Positions 1 through 12,931 of a DNA stretch of 64,000 nt are shown in pieces. The stretch is taken from the NCBI GenBank assembly GCA_002633005.1, contig NMRA01000815.1, positions 18,443 to 82,442 on the forward strand, in the 5' to 3' direction. The position numbers were made by a program, and so were the translations under genes. A model generated the notes under the pieces. That model saw only the letters and a list, made by a program, of their open reading frames with translations, searched no databases and was not told the DNA's origin. Each line of letters begins with the position of its first letter. Positions within the stretch are counted from its first letter, which is position 1. The DNA comes from Phoronis australis. Taxonomy: Eukaryota > Animalia > Phoronida.

Positions 1-1285
1 GGAAATTTAGAGGCCTATTGTACTCCGCACTGGTCCCACTAAACTTGTTGAAAAAGTGCCACCTACCCGCAGTTTTTGGTACACGCCTGCGGGCATCTTG
101 TCAATATGAGGACCCCTGGCATCGAGGATCTTGAGTTTGCTCAGCTCCCGACTCTTGCAGCCTGCCTCCCGTTCAGTAACGCTAGGAGCTCGCTAAAAAG
201 CAAGACTTCGCGAGATTACGTGAGATATTGCAGTGTATTTTAAATGACTCGGAGAACACGTGACCTTGACTAGATTTTAGCTACTGAACGCACGCCTGAT
301 GACTGTCAGTGTCTATAAGAATTTCTTTTGTAAGCGTTTCACGTGTGTTTCAGTTTTATTTCCTTGTGCCAGTTACACAGAAGTACGCGCATGTCTAAAC
401 ATTTCAATTTTCCCACCCACTACCTCCCGTCACTTTTGGCACCTTCTCGTACCTCTGTGTTGCGCTGTCTTATTGCCCATCTTGGGTTAGGGCTAGGGTG
501 GCACTAAATTGCGAATTTGAAAATGGCGCCTGCAAGCATTAGGTATTACTAGAGTTTGTAACTGAAATAGAATCCTATCACGGTGAAGCACGAGACCAAC
601 TTTCTGAGAGTAAAATGCCCAATTCGATTTTTGTTTTTAGCCTAACAATGAGAACGAAATGCATGCAGTTTTAACATTCACCCGAAATTTTCGTTCAACT
701 GAACACTCTTAGTGTTCCTTCTGTGATATCACACACCACATGATCAGCTGAACACTTGATGGGAAAATCTATAATTCAAACTTATTTTCTCCGGACACTG
801 CCCAGACAACTGGCACATTCTACTAAGGAATAGTGACTCTACCATGTCCACTCAAGGATTCTTGACTTTCACCCATAGAGCCTCTCTGACACCACTGTCA
901 AACACGGTGGTGTCAGACTTAAGTTGCCTGTCCATGGTGGCCCAGGTGCTTTCGAGAAACAAAGCAGGAAAACGCAGTTTTTGTGGGAATTAGTCAGGTC
1001 CGTGATCAGTCTCAGAAGGAGCCATGTTGCTCTACAACCTTTAGACAAAATTTACAAGTGTTTTTTTTGTATTTCAACAATTGTTTACAAACTGAACATA
1101 TGAAAATGAAATTTTGAGCAAAACTTGATTTTATTTGAATGAATTAACAAGTTTATGATAACAAATAAACAAGTTTTAAGGTGAAAGTGCCAATAAACAA
1201 GTCAGGATTGTTAGCTTGCATGAATAGAACGCTTCAATGAATGCTCCCCAAAAACCTCCTTCCCATACTCACTTGATTGCTACCA

Positions 1286-1333
1286 TATACTGGTATGCCC
1301 GTATACTGGTATGCCCCTATACTGGTATGCCCC
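1286..1333. repeat. 16-bp tandem repeat x3
   Basis: (tatactggtatgcccN)3. Confidence 0.9.
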
Positions 1334-3156
1334 AGCAGATATTTGGGGATGTCATTTTGGGACCAATAGTCAAGTTCAAATACATGCCTGGTAGTATATT
1401 ACCCCAAAACTAACATGCCCTTGAACCTATATGCACAGTTAATGTAGCCAGAGCTAAATGAAACCATCATGACATCATCATCAATAGCATTATGGTAACA
1501 AAGGTTTCTTCATTGAATTATTCATGTTGCTATAGGTTATGAATGTCACGTTCTATGAAACTGGGGAAAGTTTTGCAGTGATTAACTATGCACATTTCCC
1601 CCTAAACATAATCCCTGAATGTATTTTCTGAAAATTTCCTCGAATATATACAGGGCGTGTAAAAAATAATTTGGCAAAATGACCCAGAATTCTCTACCAT
1701 GACGACCGAACGCTGGGAAATTTCCCTCACGACGGCAGAGGTGCTAAAGGAATTTGAGAAATTTCATCTAAAGCATTTCTACATTGTAACATCCACTCTG
1801 TTCACATGTTAACGTTTTTTCGAATGTATGGTGGTATAATTGTTGGCATGTAAACACCCAGTGACACCACAGATAATTTGGTGACGTGTAAACATTAGGA
1901 CAGAAAAAACGAAAAATTTCGCACAACAGAATTAAAAACATGGATCCATATGTTTTTAGGCGCCAGTACGACAATGCAACTATCATACAAAAATAAAACA
2001 TTGAAAGTGGGTCTCAAAATGCATCGAATTATCAGCAAATCTCTTGCGCAAAATTTTTTTGAGACACGCGCAATCTGATAACGCTGGAATAAACGTCATC
2101 ACCTAAAATAGAAATTATGAATCAATTAACAAATTTTGAAAGTTATTTGTGATTTCACCGGATGGTTATAAGATGACAAGCATCTCACAAAGCATTTGAA
2201 AAACAACAGTGGTGTAGATGAAGTCACCGAAATAAAAATCAGAGTTACTGGAATGATAAGTTATGACCGGGAAATGGAAATTTATCTGTAATGAATACTT
2301 CTGGGGTGCATTGTAAGTCCACTAAGCATATTTTCAGTTTGGTTTATATACAGAAATTGTCTTTACTAGATCAAATGCCCTTAGGTGTACTTTCAGCACC
2401 GTCATTATGAAATTATCAACATTATAGAAAAAATAATCAAAAGTTTGAATAAAGAAACCAAACTGAGGACTCATGGTCTGTTCTCCAAACCCAACGAAAC
2501 TCAAGACTTGAAACTTAACCAGTCATGCTACATTATTTGAGAACAAATTTGCAAGTTTTCTCCAAGCACCAACTGCCCTGCAATTGGCCAATTTTCGAGT
2601 TGAGTTTTGACAACAGAGACTGGAGTGGGGCCCAATAAGAGAAAATACATGAAATCTATACATGCGCAATCCTACTCTGAAATATGTCATGACTGCATGA
2701 CACCTGCATGACAACGGTACAATCATTGAAATGGTGTACAAAAATGTGGATAAGCAGTCACTTTCAAAGTAAGAAACTCTTAGTTGAGGTCATAACCTGA
2801 CCACGGTTGAGCTTCATTTGTCAACTACAGGGTGCATTCTGGAAACAAAATTCCTGAAACAAAGGGTGAACTTTTTGGCAAAATCATATCTTGGACGAGA
2901 GGGGGAGCAGGTAAAATGTAAAAACCTGTGGTGGTTACATCTCACTACCACCACAGGCAAAATACAAAACAGAAATAGCTTCAGAAAGCTGAATGTTCAT
3001 TCTGTATGCAGAGCATTTCCGTTCCTTCATTACGTAGAACCTTTCTGTTGTCATGCGTTGTCTCCTTCATTGTCTCACATCTTACTCTTGAAGCCAGTTT
3101 CATCAATTGTATCAAAAAAAGATATGCTGAGTAAAACATACAAAATTCCCAGCTTG

Positions 3157-3282
3157 TCAAGTCGGTAAATACTGTTGCATAATGTCTGTATGTGATCCTG
3201 GTCCCCAGTGTAACAGATGGTCTTGAGGGAGGTATAGACAGACACTGGTCAGCTTGAATACTATGGCTTTGTTGGTTGAACT
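3157..3282 (-). CDS. C6orf62: C6orf62-like exon 5 (terminal)
   Basis: tttag/[44 protein letters not shown]. Confidence 0.88.
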   Translation of the reverse strand, partial: SSTNKAIVFKLTSVCLYLPQDHLLHWGPGSHTDIMQQYLPT

Positions 3283-6200
3283 CTAAAAGCAAAACAAGGT
3301 ACAATGCCAAACATTTTAAGAAGGTAACAAATTAGAATTTTAAGGGATTAATCTTGAGGTGGAAAATATAGAAGAGATGAATGTCAAAACACAACTGCAC
3401 TGAGTAGATATTGTGGAGACACATAAATTTTTTGACCAATAGAACTATCACACAAGTGTGGAAAATTTTTTGTTAAGAGTGGGTAAAAATCAATGAAGCT
3501 GATCTCAAATAAAATCTTATGGGTGGCAGAGATTTACACAGAATTTCCATATTCGAAGTGTTATTACAAACCTTGAGCTGATTTCGATCCACAAACACAA
3601 ACATGCTCTGTGATTTATTGTTAACGATGAGACCAGATCTCTCCTTCTTAATCAGTAGACGCATCAACTGGTTCTCATATTCCTCGTTGAAGATTTTAAA
3701 TTCAGCCTGAAACATTCAAACTTATGGTCAACACTGTTAGCACACATAAAACATCCAGCATTAAACATGATGCTCACAACTGAATTTAATCTAAATCTCT
3801 AATCAAAATTTGTCAAAAGGACAATGATCAAATCTCTACCATTTTGAACAAAGAGAATAAGTTTTTAACTTCACACAGTAATTTACAAGAGCATCGCAGA
3901 GCGTTGAAATGCTACCACGAATGCATTCCAAACCGTGTGCTTCTAGGGTGTTTATTTTCATTTAAAAATGGCCTCTGGATGGTGCAAAAAACTTTGAATA
4001 CATCAGAGAACATGTAAATGACACCGTTTTTTAACAGAAAGCTATTGAACACATTGCATGAAAATCTGTCAAGGACCTTTAGAGAAACAGAGCAAAACGG
4101 AAAAAAATGAGATTGCCACTAGGGGGCAAAGCGTTCATTGGAACCGTCTGAAAGTTGTTGTCTTCTGCCGTCAACTTAATGAATACACATGCTAAATTTA
4201 ATAAAGATCCTGCAGAGGGCTTATCAGATACAGCTAAGGGGGCAAAAAACAAAACTGCCACTAGGAAGCGACACAGCAATTGAAGTCGGAAAATGATCGT
4301 CAACCATCCTCTTCACACTAAGAACTTATAAGCCAATTTTCACAATTATCCCACGAGTGGTTTGCTTAACAGAGGGCAGATGTTAAAAACAGACAAGAAA
4401 ACAGTAAAAATGACCAATAGATGGCACAAAATACGTTAAATTCGTCTAAAAACCGGAAAATGTTACCATTTCTTTAAAACACAGCCATTTTCCAAATTTC
4501 ATGAAAATTCGTCGATGAACTTCAGAGAAACAGAGGAAAGCAGAAAAAATGAAATTGCCACTAGGGGGCACAACAGTAGTACAATCTGTCAACTTCATAT
4601 AAATACATTTGCTACATTTAATAAAGATCCTGTAGAGCGTTTAGGAGATACAGCCATTGGCGCAAAACTGCTACTAGGAGGCGCCACAGTAGTCAAAGTC
4701 ATCAGAAAATCATCGTCAACTGTGCTCTTCATAGTAAAAATATACATGCCAATTTTCACAATCACAGAGTGGTTTAGTGGACAGAAGGGTGGACGGCAAA
4801 AAACGGACTCAGTAATAGTAAAAATGGCCACTAGATGCCTCAAATCCATTTGAAAACAGGAGGGTTGCATCATCTCATTAACAAATGCCTATGTGCCAAG
4901 TTTCCTGAAAATCGGTTGAGGACCCTTGAAGATACAGAGGCAAACGTAAAAAAACTAAAACTGCCACTAGGGGGCACAACGGTATTTGAGTCGGTCCGCA
5001 ACTCGTTGCCCTTTGTCGTCAACACCATGGGAACACATCTGCGAAATTTCAATACAATCTTGCAAGGGGTTAAGGAGATACAGCTGCGGACGCTGGACGC
5101 CTGGAAGCCCAGACAGAGATGACGGCAATATGCACCCACATATAAATATGTGGGTGCATAATAAGCATCAAAATTCATCAAGATACAGACATGTCATGTC
5201 TTTCATAACGACTTTAAATCCACAACTTAACCATTATAAATTTCAGAGCTACCATCTCAACAGAACCCCCTGGGCATCAAGTGACCAGAGACAGACATCA
5301 GCTGTTAACAGAAAATCTATGCATGTCAAGCCAAGGAAGAGGTTTTCTTAATGAGCTTGTCAGCACCCTGGAGTACCCTGCTGAGTGAAATAGTTGGCAA
5401 AAGTCCTCCATTAAATAATGTCTATCTGTGTACTGAATGCTTTACAAGAGAAATAACGAGTGTCCATTCTTTTTTTTTAATTTCTCAGCTTTCACGTTCG
5501 GGGAAATGGCATTACATTTTCTCTTGCCTTCCTATGTCAGACAAACACCACAGTTAGGAGTAATGAATGCAACAGGTCTGAACCAAGCTTTATTCAAGTC
5601 AGTCTCTTCAATTTGAGACACTTAAGTCTTTGCACTTAGGTTGCCTAGGCTTTAGTTAGAAAATTGGTTCAAGACCTATTACGGAAAATCTAACATCCTC
5701 ATTTTGTTAGAAAACAAAGTGTCATTTGTTTCAAAAGATTATAAACATCACTCCTCTTTCTGGGAAAGCAGTTATAAGTACCACAGGCACAGAGATTTTC
5801 CTATTTCCTCTAGGTCCTGGGCATTTGTCCTCAAGTGTCAAAATATGTGAGGACATTTTGAAAATCAAGCAGATAGATTTTGCCATTGGAATATGGCGAT
5901 TAAACTTTGGTCCAAATTGATCGGCGATTGGGAAAACAAACCACTTCCAAACAGAGTGGTACTTTGATTTGAATCGTTAAGTTCACAACAGATATGAAGG
6001 GCAAAGAGCACAAATACTGCCCACACCATTCCCAGAATTGAATCAGGCAAATGTGTGGACTGAAATAAAATCAATCGGACATTCTGAAAACAAATCGGAT
6101 GGTCGACGCTTAACAAAATACCAGCCGGCAGTTTTACCGTACTGATTAGGCCAAAAAAGCATTTAGTCAGTATGGTTTTTCTTTTTGAAAACAGTTGGTA

Positions 6201-9200
6201 GTGTGGTATTTTTAGTAGCTCACTTTCTCAAAATCTGGGCAGAGATAAATAAAAATGAAGTGAGATGTGTTTTTGTTGTTTTTACTCATCACTTGGCAAA
6301 TAATGGTGTTTTAAATCTTTCTTACCCTTGTGCAGCTTTAAGAAACAAAACTTTGGCTGATATCGTTACGGCTGGACGTTTTTTAGTAGGTGAGCACAGA
6401 TCTCAGTCAGGTCAAAGACCAGACTCAACTTCACTTTTTTGGTCTTACCTGTATAGGTTTGAAATCTGCATCTTTTTCATGCTTCCAGCGTGAGAACAAC
6501 AGACATTCAATCATGTGTATATCAGTCCTTGGCCACAGGAAAAAGTCTATTTCCCCAGAACAGCCTATCACGTCTTTGCGCCTTGAGTGCCACCTAGCGG
6601 CATGCAGCTGAACCACGTCTTTTTCTAGGAGTTCTTTTGAACTTTGGAGAGAATAGGCTTGTTCCTGAAAAGATCAAATGGTGTCTGAAGTCGGGATAAC
6701 AGTATCACAGAATAAAACAAAACACATACACTGTAATCAAATCATAGAGTAGGCCTGGAATTCTCTAACGATGCTCTACCTCAAGTAGCCAAAACTAATT
6801 ATTTTACGCTGTTTCAAATCATCGCCTGTGTTTGACTTACAAGTGACTTGAACCTCGAGGGGACTTTTTATCACCTAAGGGAAGTTTTGGGTCTCATGAC
6901 GGGAATTTCACATGGTTTTTATAACTATTTTTTCATAGTAGAATGGGGCCGATCTTCGGCACCAAAATCAAACAGGTTGAAGGCCCTGTTTCCACTCGCC
7001 ATTAGCTGTGAACTAAGTACATTCCACCTGAAGTTCATGTTTATATTCCAAATTTTATGAAACTCCATTGAGGACCTTTAAATATACAGAGATAAATGTA
7101 AAAACTAAAATTGCCAGTAGGGGGCACACTGTTGAAAAAAATCTGTGAGAAAGTCATCGTCAATGCACTTGCTAAATTAAGATCCTGCAAACGGTTTAGG
7201 AGATACAGCCATTGGCGCAAAAAAAAACAAAACTGCCACTAGGAGGTGTCACAGTAGTCAAAGGCATCGGAAAATCATCGTCGGCCATCTTCTTCATTGT
7301 AAGAACATGCATGCTAATTTCCACAATCATCCTTAGAGCGGTGTGGTTGATAGAGGGGTGGACGCCAAAAAGCAGACTCGAGAACAATAAAAATGGCCAC
7401 TGGGTGGCGCAAAATACTTCGAATACATATGAAATAGAGGGGTGGACGTCAAAAAAACAGACTCGAAAACAGTGCCACTAGGTGGTGCAAACTACGTTGA
7501 ATCCATCCGAAAACAAGAGGATAGTGTCACCTCACTAATAGATGACTATATTCCAAATTTTGTGAAAATACGTTGAGGACATGCGAAGACACAGAGGTGA
7601 GCGTAAAAAGCTAAAATTGCCACTAGGGGGCACACCCGTAGTCAGAGAGATCTGAAATTTGTCGTCATTTGTCATCAGCTTGATAGGAACACATCTGCCA
7701 CATCTCATCAAGATCCTGTGAGGGGTTTAGAAAATACATCTGCAGACGCCGGACGCCCAGACAAGATGACGGCAATATGCGACCACATATAAATATGTGA
7801 CCGCGTAAAAGGCGATGCCAAATCTAGGAACTCATGGTCGGCATTTGACCAGTTGCACAGATAAAAGTCGTGTGGAGCTGACAACAGCAATCAAAAATCA
7901 CATTTTGGTACTCGTCAAACTGGGATGAATAATGATACCTTTACACCCTGTAGAATGCTGTCCTCATAGTTATTTGTCATGAGTGGCACCACTTCAGATA
8001 CTTCAAAAACAGCACATGGCTTTTTCTGCAATACAAGAGATGATGGTCAACCAAAGACTGAAATGAAAATGTCAGTACTTAATTTTAGAAGCGAGTTTTG
8101 TAGACAAATATTCATAATTGATAAGTCTCTGAAGTTGTGAAGACATGAAGCAACCAGTCACGCTTGGTTTATTGCCTCCTAATAAATACGGACAAAAGTA
8201 CTGCAGAATGCTATTGATTTACTTTAACATCCAAGGTGCATTACTCCAATGCCTTTTCATGTGTAGAGCTCCTGTACTGAAAACTACTGATGTCTTCAAA
8301 GCCATCCAGTTCAAAAACTTAATTTTGAGCATTGCAATTTCTTCTCCTTGTTAAGCACATTGCAAATGGTTTTGGTTTGCAGAATCAAACATTCAAATAG
8401 AAATTAAGCCTGAGAAGTATTTTTGGATTGGAAGGACTTGAAGACATCAACATCCTTCAACAAAGACGTTTTAAATGAGAATAAAGTGTGTTGTTTAAGG
8501 TATAGGCCAAATTAGGTTTCAGTGCGCAGCATCTACTGAGAAGTGTCACCCTTTCTGTGCACAAGCTGGGAGTGCTCAATGTGGAAACTGCAGGTTAATT
8601 ACTCATCACTGTGATTGCTTGGCCAAATTAGTTAGAAGTGCAACACATAGCAATGATGTGAATATGAAGTAGATTGAAAATTGACACGTTTTCAAGAACG
8701 AGTTTTGTGGCGAAAATGATCCGCCGCAATCACTGAACCGTGTGACCTAGTAAATATCGTGACGTGGTGCTGGAGAATATCACTGCATGATGTGGGCTTT
8801 GTGAGCCCCCAAAATACATCATTAGTGCAAAGGTCACCTACTTGCCAATTTTTTGTTTTTATATACAAATTGCCAATGAATACAACTGCACTTTGTTTAG
8901 CACAGATTACCTTAAAAGAGCATTGTCGTTTAGTTCCTGCTATACGTTAGCATAGTTAGGAGCATGCAAATACATCTTTAAAAAGTTTCAAACAAGACAG
9001 GTGAACCTGGATGTCTGCAGGTTGGCATCCAATTTCCAGACTGACTTGGGCCAGGAGCCTGCTTACCACGGCTCCATCTACAAAGGGAAAGTGCTACTCA
9101 AATACTTTAATTAACTGATCGAGCCAAAACACAATTGCCTGCTGGCGAGCGTTTCAGAGCTAGGCTATAAACCTGCTTTTGGCCATAAAAAATAAGTTGT

Positions 9201-10695
9201 GATTTATGGTCACTTCCCGCTGTAAAAATGGTCTCAACATGCTCCTAATTCAGATAAGGATATTTTTGGGTTTGGAAGAACTGCAGTACTCATGAAACCA
9301 TGATTGGCACATACAACGACACGACGTGACAAGCCATTACATAATCGTGCTTGACCCCAAGCAATATCAAACCATCACTTCCTTCCAAGCCCAAGAATTG
9401 TCGATCGATCAAAGTAAGGCCAAGTTAAAACCTAGAACCAAGGTCTAGTCTTTTCACTAGAAATTGAACTCGAAAATATTTTTGGCATTTTCTGCCAATG
9501 TGACTTCAGATCTTTTTTTGAGACTTGGAAGAAACCCCAAGTTGCCATAAGTCGCACATGTAGCAGGTAAGCATGCTGTCGCATTGCGCTGCCACACATG
9601 GGTTTTCCTTACTGCTGTAAGCTCATGACGTTTTCCATCAGCCGACCTGAGAATTTTGCCAGGTTTTATTTGGTGAGTTTACGTCATTTATGCTACTATA
9701 AGTGTGAAGCCCTGTTTTTATTTCATCATCTTTGTCTACGACACAAGTGCGTATTTATGAAGAAGATAGCCACAACATGTATTGCCATTACCAACTCAAT
9801 TAAGTCACTAGCAATTTTAGGGTTTGCCACCCTCGTTAAGGACCAATTAGTGTTTTCTTGAGACGCTGATGGTTTCGATGTTCTTGTTAGTAATAGATTG
9901 TTCAAAACAATCCTATCACAGTAAGGAATCTTACGAGACCAAATTTATGACAGTACACGGCCTAATTTCATTTTTGTTTTACAACGCTAGCTAAGCAGGG
10001 CGTAGTCTAGCTTTGCTGAAAAGCTGCATAAACATATGTGAGCTTTGAACTCGATGTGGGTAAAAAACTGGACAATCTGACTAAATTAGTTACCGGTAGT
10101 GGTGGACTAAAAAATTGTGGTAAATCAACTGTTATTTTGATGCTAAATTTGTGGAGTGATCTTAAGCTTTGATTTTCAGCACCATGAAACAAAGTGTTAC
10201 CAATTGGCCGATTTCTTTTTTCGCCGATTTAATTGTTCTATCAACAGATCATTTTCCACATCTCACAATTAAGGTATACAATTATACGTCACAATTAATG
10301 GAAATACCTCCATTCTGATATAAACATCTTATACCAGCAAAAAGAAATTCTCAGTAAATGTTCCGAAAGATTTCACAAAAAATTAGCAAATGGTGCATTA
10401 CACGAGCAACAGTTTTCAAGTCGACGACAAACCTTTCTTTATTACAAAAGCCAGATTGAGAATTATATGCAAGAATGACAGTCACACCTGGCCCAGTTCA
10501 GACATTGTAATCACTTACGTTCTCTCTAAGGTTATCCTAGTAATTGCAATGCCTGTATGAACTTACCGTCACTTCGTTAAAGTGGAAAATTATGTACATC
10601 TTGAACTCGAACTGGTCAGCAAGAGCTTCCTTCTTTTTTCGAAGATTTGTTCGAAGTCGGCTCAATGCTGCACTTTTCCTTTCGCTTGGATCCAT
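3157..10695 (-). CDS. C6orf62: C6orf62-like conserved uncharacterised protein, 5 coding exons, ~230 aa
   Basis: Exons 10567-10695, 7939-8025, 6449-6664, 3572-3706, 3157-3282 join in frame through GT-AG, all phase-0, introns. The product [34 protein letters not shown]...[15 protein letters not shown]...[19 protein letters not shown]...FLWPRTD...CLLFSRWK...[19 protein letters not shown] resembles vertebrate C6orf62 as I recall it, along its whole length. An in-frame upstream ATG exists at 10707. Confidence 0.92.
3572..3706 (-). CDS. C6orf62: C6orf62-like exon 4
   Basis: tttcag/[18 protein letters not shown]...FVDRNQLK/gtttgt; 135 nt. Confidence 0.9.
3885..5163 (+). mobile_element. Non-autonomous Helentron/HINE-like element, copy 1 (apparently full-length), with tandem ~140-bp monomers
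   Basis: 5' end acaagagcatcgcagagcgttgaaatgc; eight related monomers; GGAC-rich stretch; perfect 15-bp-arm palindrome tatgcacccacatat-aa-atatgtgggtgcata (5129-5160) at the 3' end; no TSD seen. Confidence 0.75.
6449..6664 (-). CDS. C6orf62: C6orf62-like exon 3
   Basis: tttcag/[21 protein letters not shown]...FKPIQ/gtaaga; 216 nt; overlaps ORF 6431..6616. Confidence 0.92.
7035..7810 (+). mobile_element. Same HINE-like family, copy 2 (5'-truncated)
   Basis: Same monomers and the same 3' end gatgacggcaatatgcgaccacatataaatatgtgaccgcgta. Confidence 0.75.
7939..8025 (-). CDS. C6orf62: C6orf62-like exon 2
   Basis: ttgcag/[29 protein letters not shown]/gtatc; 87 nt. Confidence 0.9.
10567..10695 (-). 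CDS. C6orf62: C6orf62-like exon 1
   Basis: ATG at 10695; [43 protein letters not shown]; donor GTAAGT. Confidence 0.9.
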
Positions 10696-10789
10696 CACCA
10701 CTCTCATACAGTTTTAACTAAATTGTATTAATGGCACTTTAGTACTACGTCCAACGTTGTCCGAACTAATAACCTGTTGAACTTCAAGA

Positions 10790-11200
10790 CACGAGTAACT
10801 CAAGCCCGAAGGCGACACACAAACCATCATTGGCGTGCCAATGGGAAAAACCCGTGACCATTATTTCTATTCTCACTTGTCAGATTTGTTGCCGTCCACG
10901 GGACGAAAAATGCTAATTTCCCCGATTACCCTACACCTTGATTCAAACTCTTCATGTCTCAAGGACTAACAATTGCTTCCCACTGGTCAAAAATAGAAGA
11001 AACCAACGCGTAAAAAGTGCCAATAGGTTTTGCCAGAAGGCAGCTATTTCCAAAGTGAGGCGCGCATAAAGTTGGTTCCGTTTCTGGCCGCTAGGTGGCC
11101 GTAGTTTCTGTTGTCGACCACTTTTGTCTAAAGCTGTTTTGACTACAGGAAGCAGGTGTGAGAACTCTTGATCGACATTTATCTATGTATTCCAGTTCAT
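10790..11200. promoter_or_regulatory. Putative bidirectional promoter (C6orf62-like / TRP)
   Basis: CpG-richer stretch between divergent genes; inverted CCAAT pair cattggc-gt-gccaatg (10828-10843), another CCAAT near 11020, CTCF-like tggccgctaggtggcc (core 11088-11099). TSSs not determinable. Confidence 0.45.
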
Positions 11201-11584
11201 CTCATTTCAAGGTCGCTTAAATTATGCGTATCATTCTCAGTTAGAATCACATGTAAGTGTTTTAACGCTACTTGTGCCCGATACGTAGCCACAAACGGAA
11301 CTTTTATGTTGAATTATCAGTTGGTTCCTCTGTCTGTCTGTTCTGCCTTTTCCACTGTCTGCACTCTCGTCTCTAGGCTACGTGAATACATTGTGCATGT
11401 GCACAAAGGAACGGTTGATTAATGAAGAATCGGTGAAACTGAAACAAAACCATGTTGACCAACAGATGAGTTTTGAATGTTTTTTATCGATTCATCTTAA
11501 ACTAGATGTTACGGTGTTTGATTGATGTTTACTTAGAGTAGTAAGTATACAATGTGCTACATTGTGGTTCACATCACGTGACCT

Positions 11585-12056
11585 TGTTGCAGGCCAAACG
11601 CATTGTTTGTGCCAAAATGATTTAGTGCATCTCAATTAGGCGCAGGTTGGTGAGCCAAACTGATGCCTCCACCAAACTGAAGCTGGTTCCCAAATTAATG
11701 CCAGTGGTTTATGAGTTTTTAATGGTTATCGAAACCGAAATTGACCACACATTGAGTGCTCACTTATTCAGCTCATATGGATCACAGGCACTTTAATCAG
11801 CCCTCAACTCTACACTATGTGGATTAATTGCGTGGGGAGGCGACGAAACTGATTACGCGCCACTCATTGTCGTTAATTTCAGTTCTGATAACCGTTAAGA
11901 AATCCATATACCTTTGACTGTCAATTTTTGAAACATACAGTAGCTTCAGTTTGGCACAGGCAATTTAAGTCAGTTTGGCTCACGCAATTATAACCACCCC
12001 TGCCAATTGTCACCAAGTCAGTTTGGCGCAGGCATCACTTTGGGGCTTCAACAACC
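11585..12056. mobile_element. Foldback/MITE-like element with long imperfect inverted repeats
   Basis: gccaaactgatgcc..ccaaactgaagct..ggttatcgaaaccgaaatt (11655-11745) mirrored by aatttcagttctgataaccg..agcttcagtttggc..cagtttggcgcaggcatca (11875-12055). Confidence 0.6.
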
Positions 12057-12931
12057 TATAAATTAGGATACATAGTAAGATAGATAGATAGATCTATACT
12101 TTATTCCACCTGGGAAACACAGAGTTACTTAACACTCTTGAATGGCAAGTAGGGCCAGCTCCAGAAGACCAGTTGTGGGCTGCTTATATAGGCAGAGGCC
12201 ACCTTGATAAAAAATAAAATACAATGTAGTATCATTTTCTCTATAAGAAAAATTATGCATATAGTCTTACATAGCTTATGTAAATAGTTTTATGTATATT
12301 ATAGCAAAGTAAAATATACGTTGTTTAAAGAGAGTAGAATAATCATAATGAAGACAACAGTATACAACTGCAACTAAACTGTTGATCGAGCTCTTCAGCG
12401 ATTACAGTAATTTAAAATTGAATAGCTGGGAGCTCAGATGCCAATAAGTTAGTGAAAGCATTACAACATGTATTTATCATTCATGACTGTGACATCTAGT
12501 TTTGTTCATTATAGCAAAGCTGTTAGATTTACTACAAGTCACGTCATAAGTTGATAAAATGTGATTTTTAGATATGATGAAAAACCTTACGTACTTGCTA
12601 ATGAAATAGTAACTAACGCAGAACAATGGCTATGCAAGGTAACCATTATATTGAAGAGAACAGCATACATGGTTTATTTCCCTTTAAAATCTTCAAAGAA
12701 AGCAGTGAAATTTGAATGCATAGAAAAATTTTGTCCCAACATATACTATAAGCTAAAAGGATGCCTGGGCTGTCAGTACAACAATGTTCATTTTTTGCTT
12801 ATGGTTTTCAGTGATCACTTAAAATAAGGTATTCAAAAAGAAATATAACTCTGACAATATTTTTCTTTGTGAGATATACATGGAAATGCAGGTACACATA
12901 TTTTACTAACAAACAAATGTACTTGAGAGAT

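Noticed and set aside
480-500. Telomere-like ttgggttagggctaggg
   Set aside because: Only about three degenerate units; more likely part of a dispersed repeat.
3885-5163. CRISPR-like appearance of a short conserved motif recurring at regular spacing
   Set aside because: The spacers are homologous to each other, ~130 bp long, in eukaryotic introns, with no cas genes.
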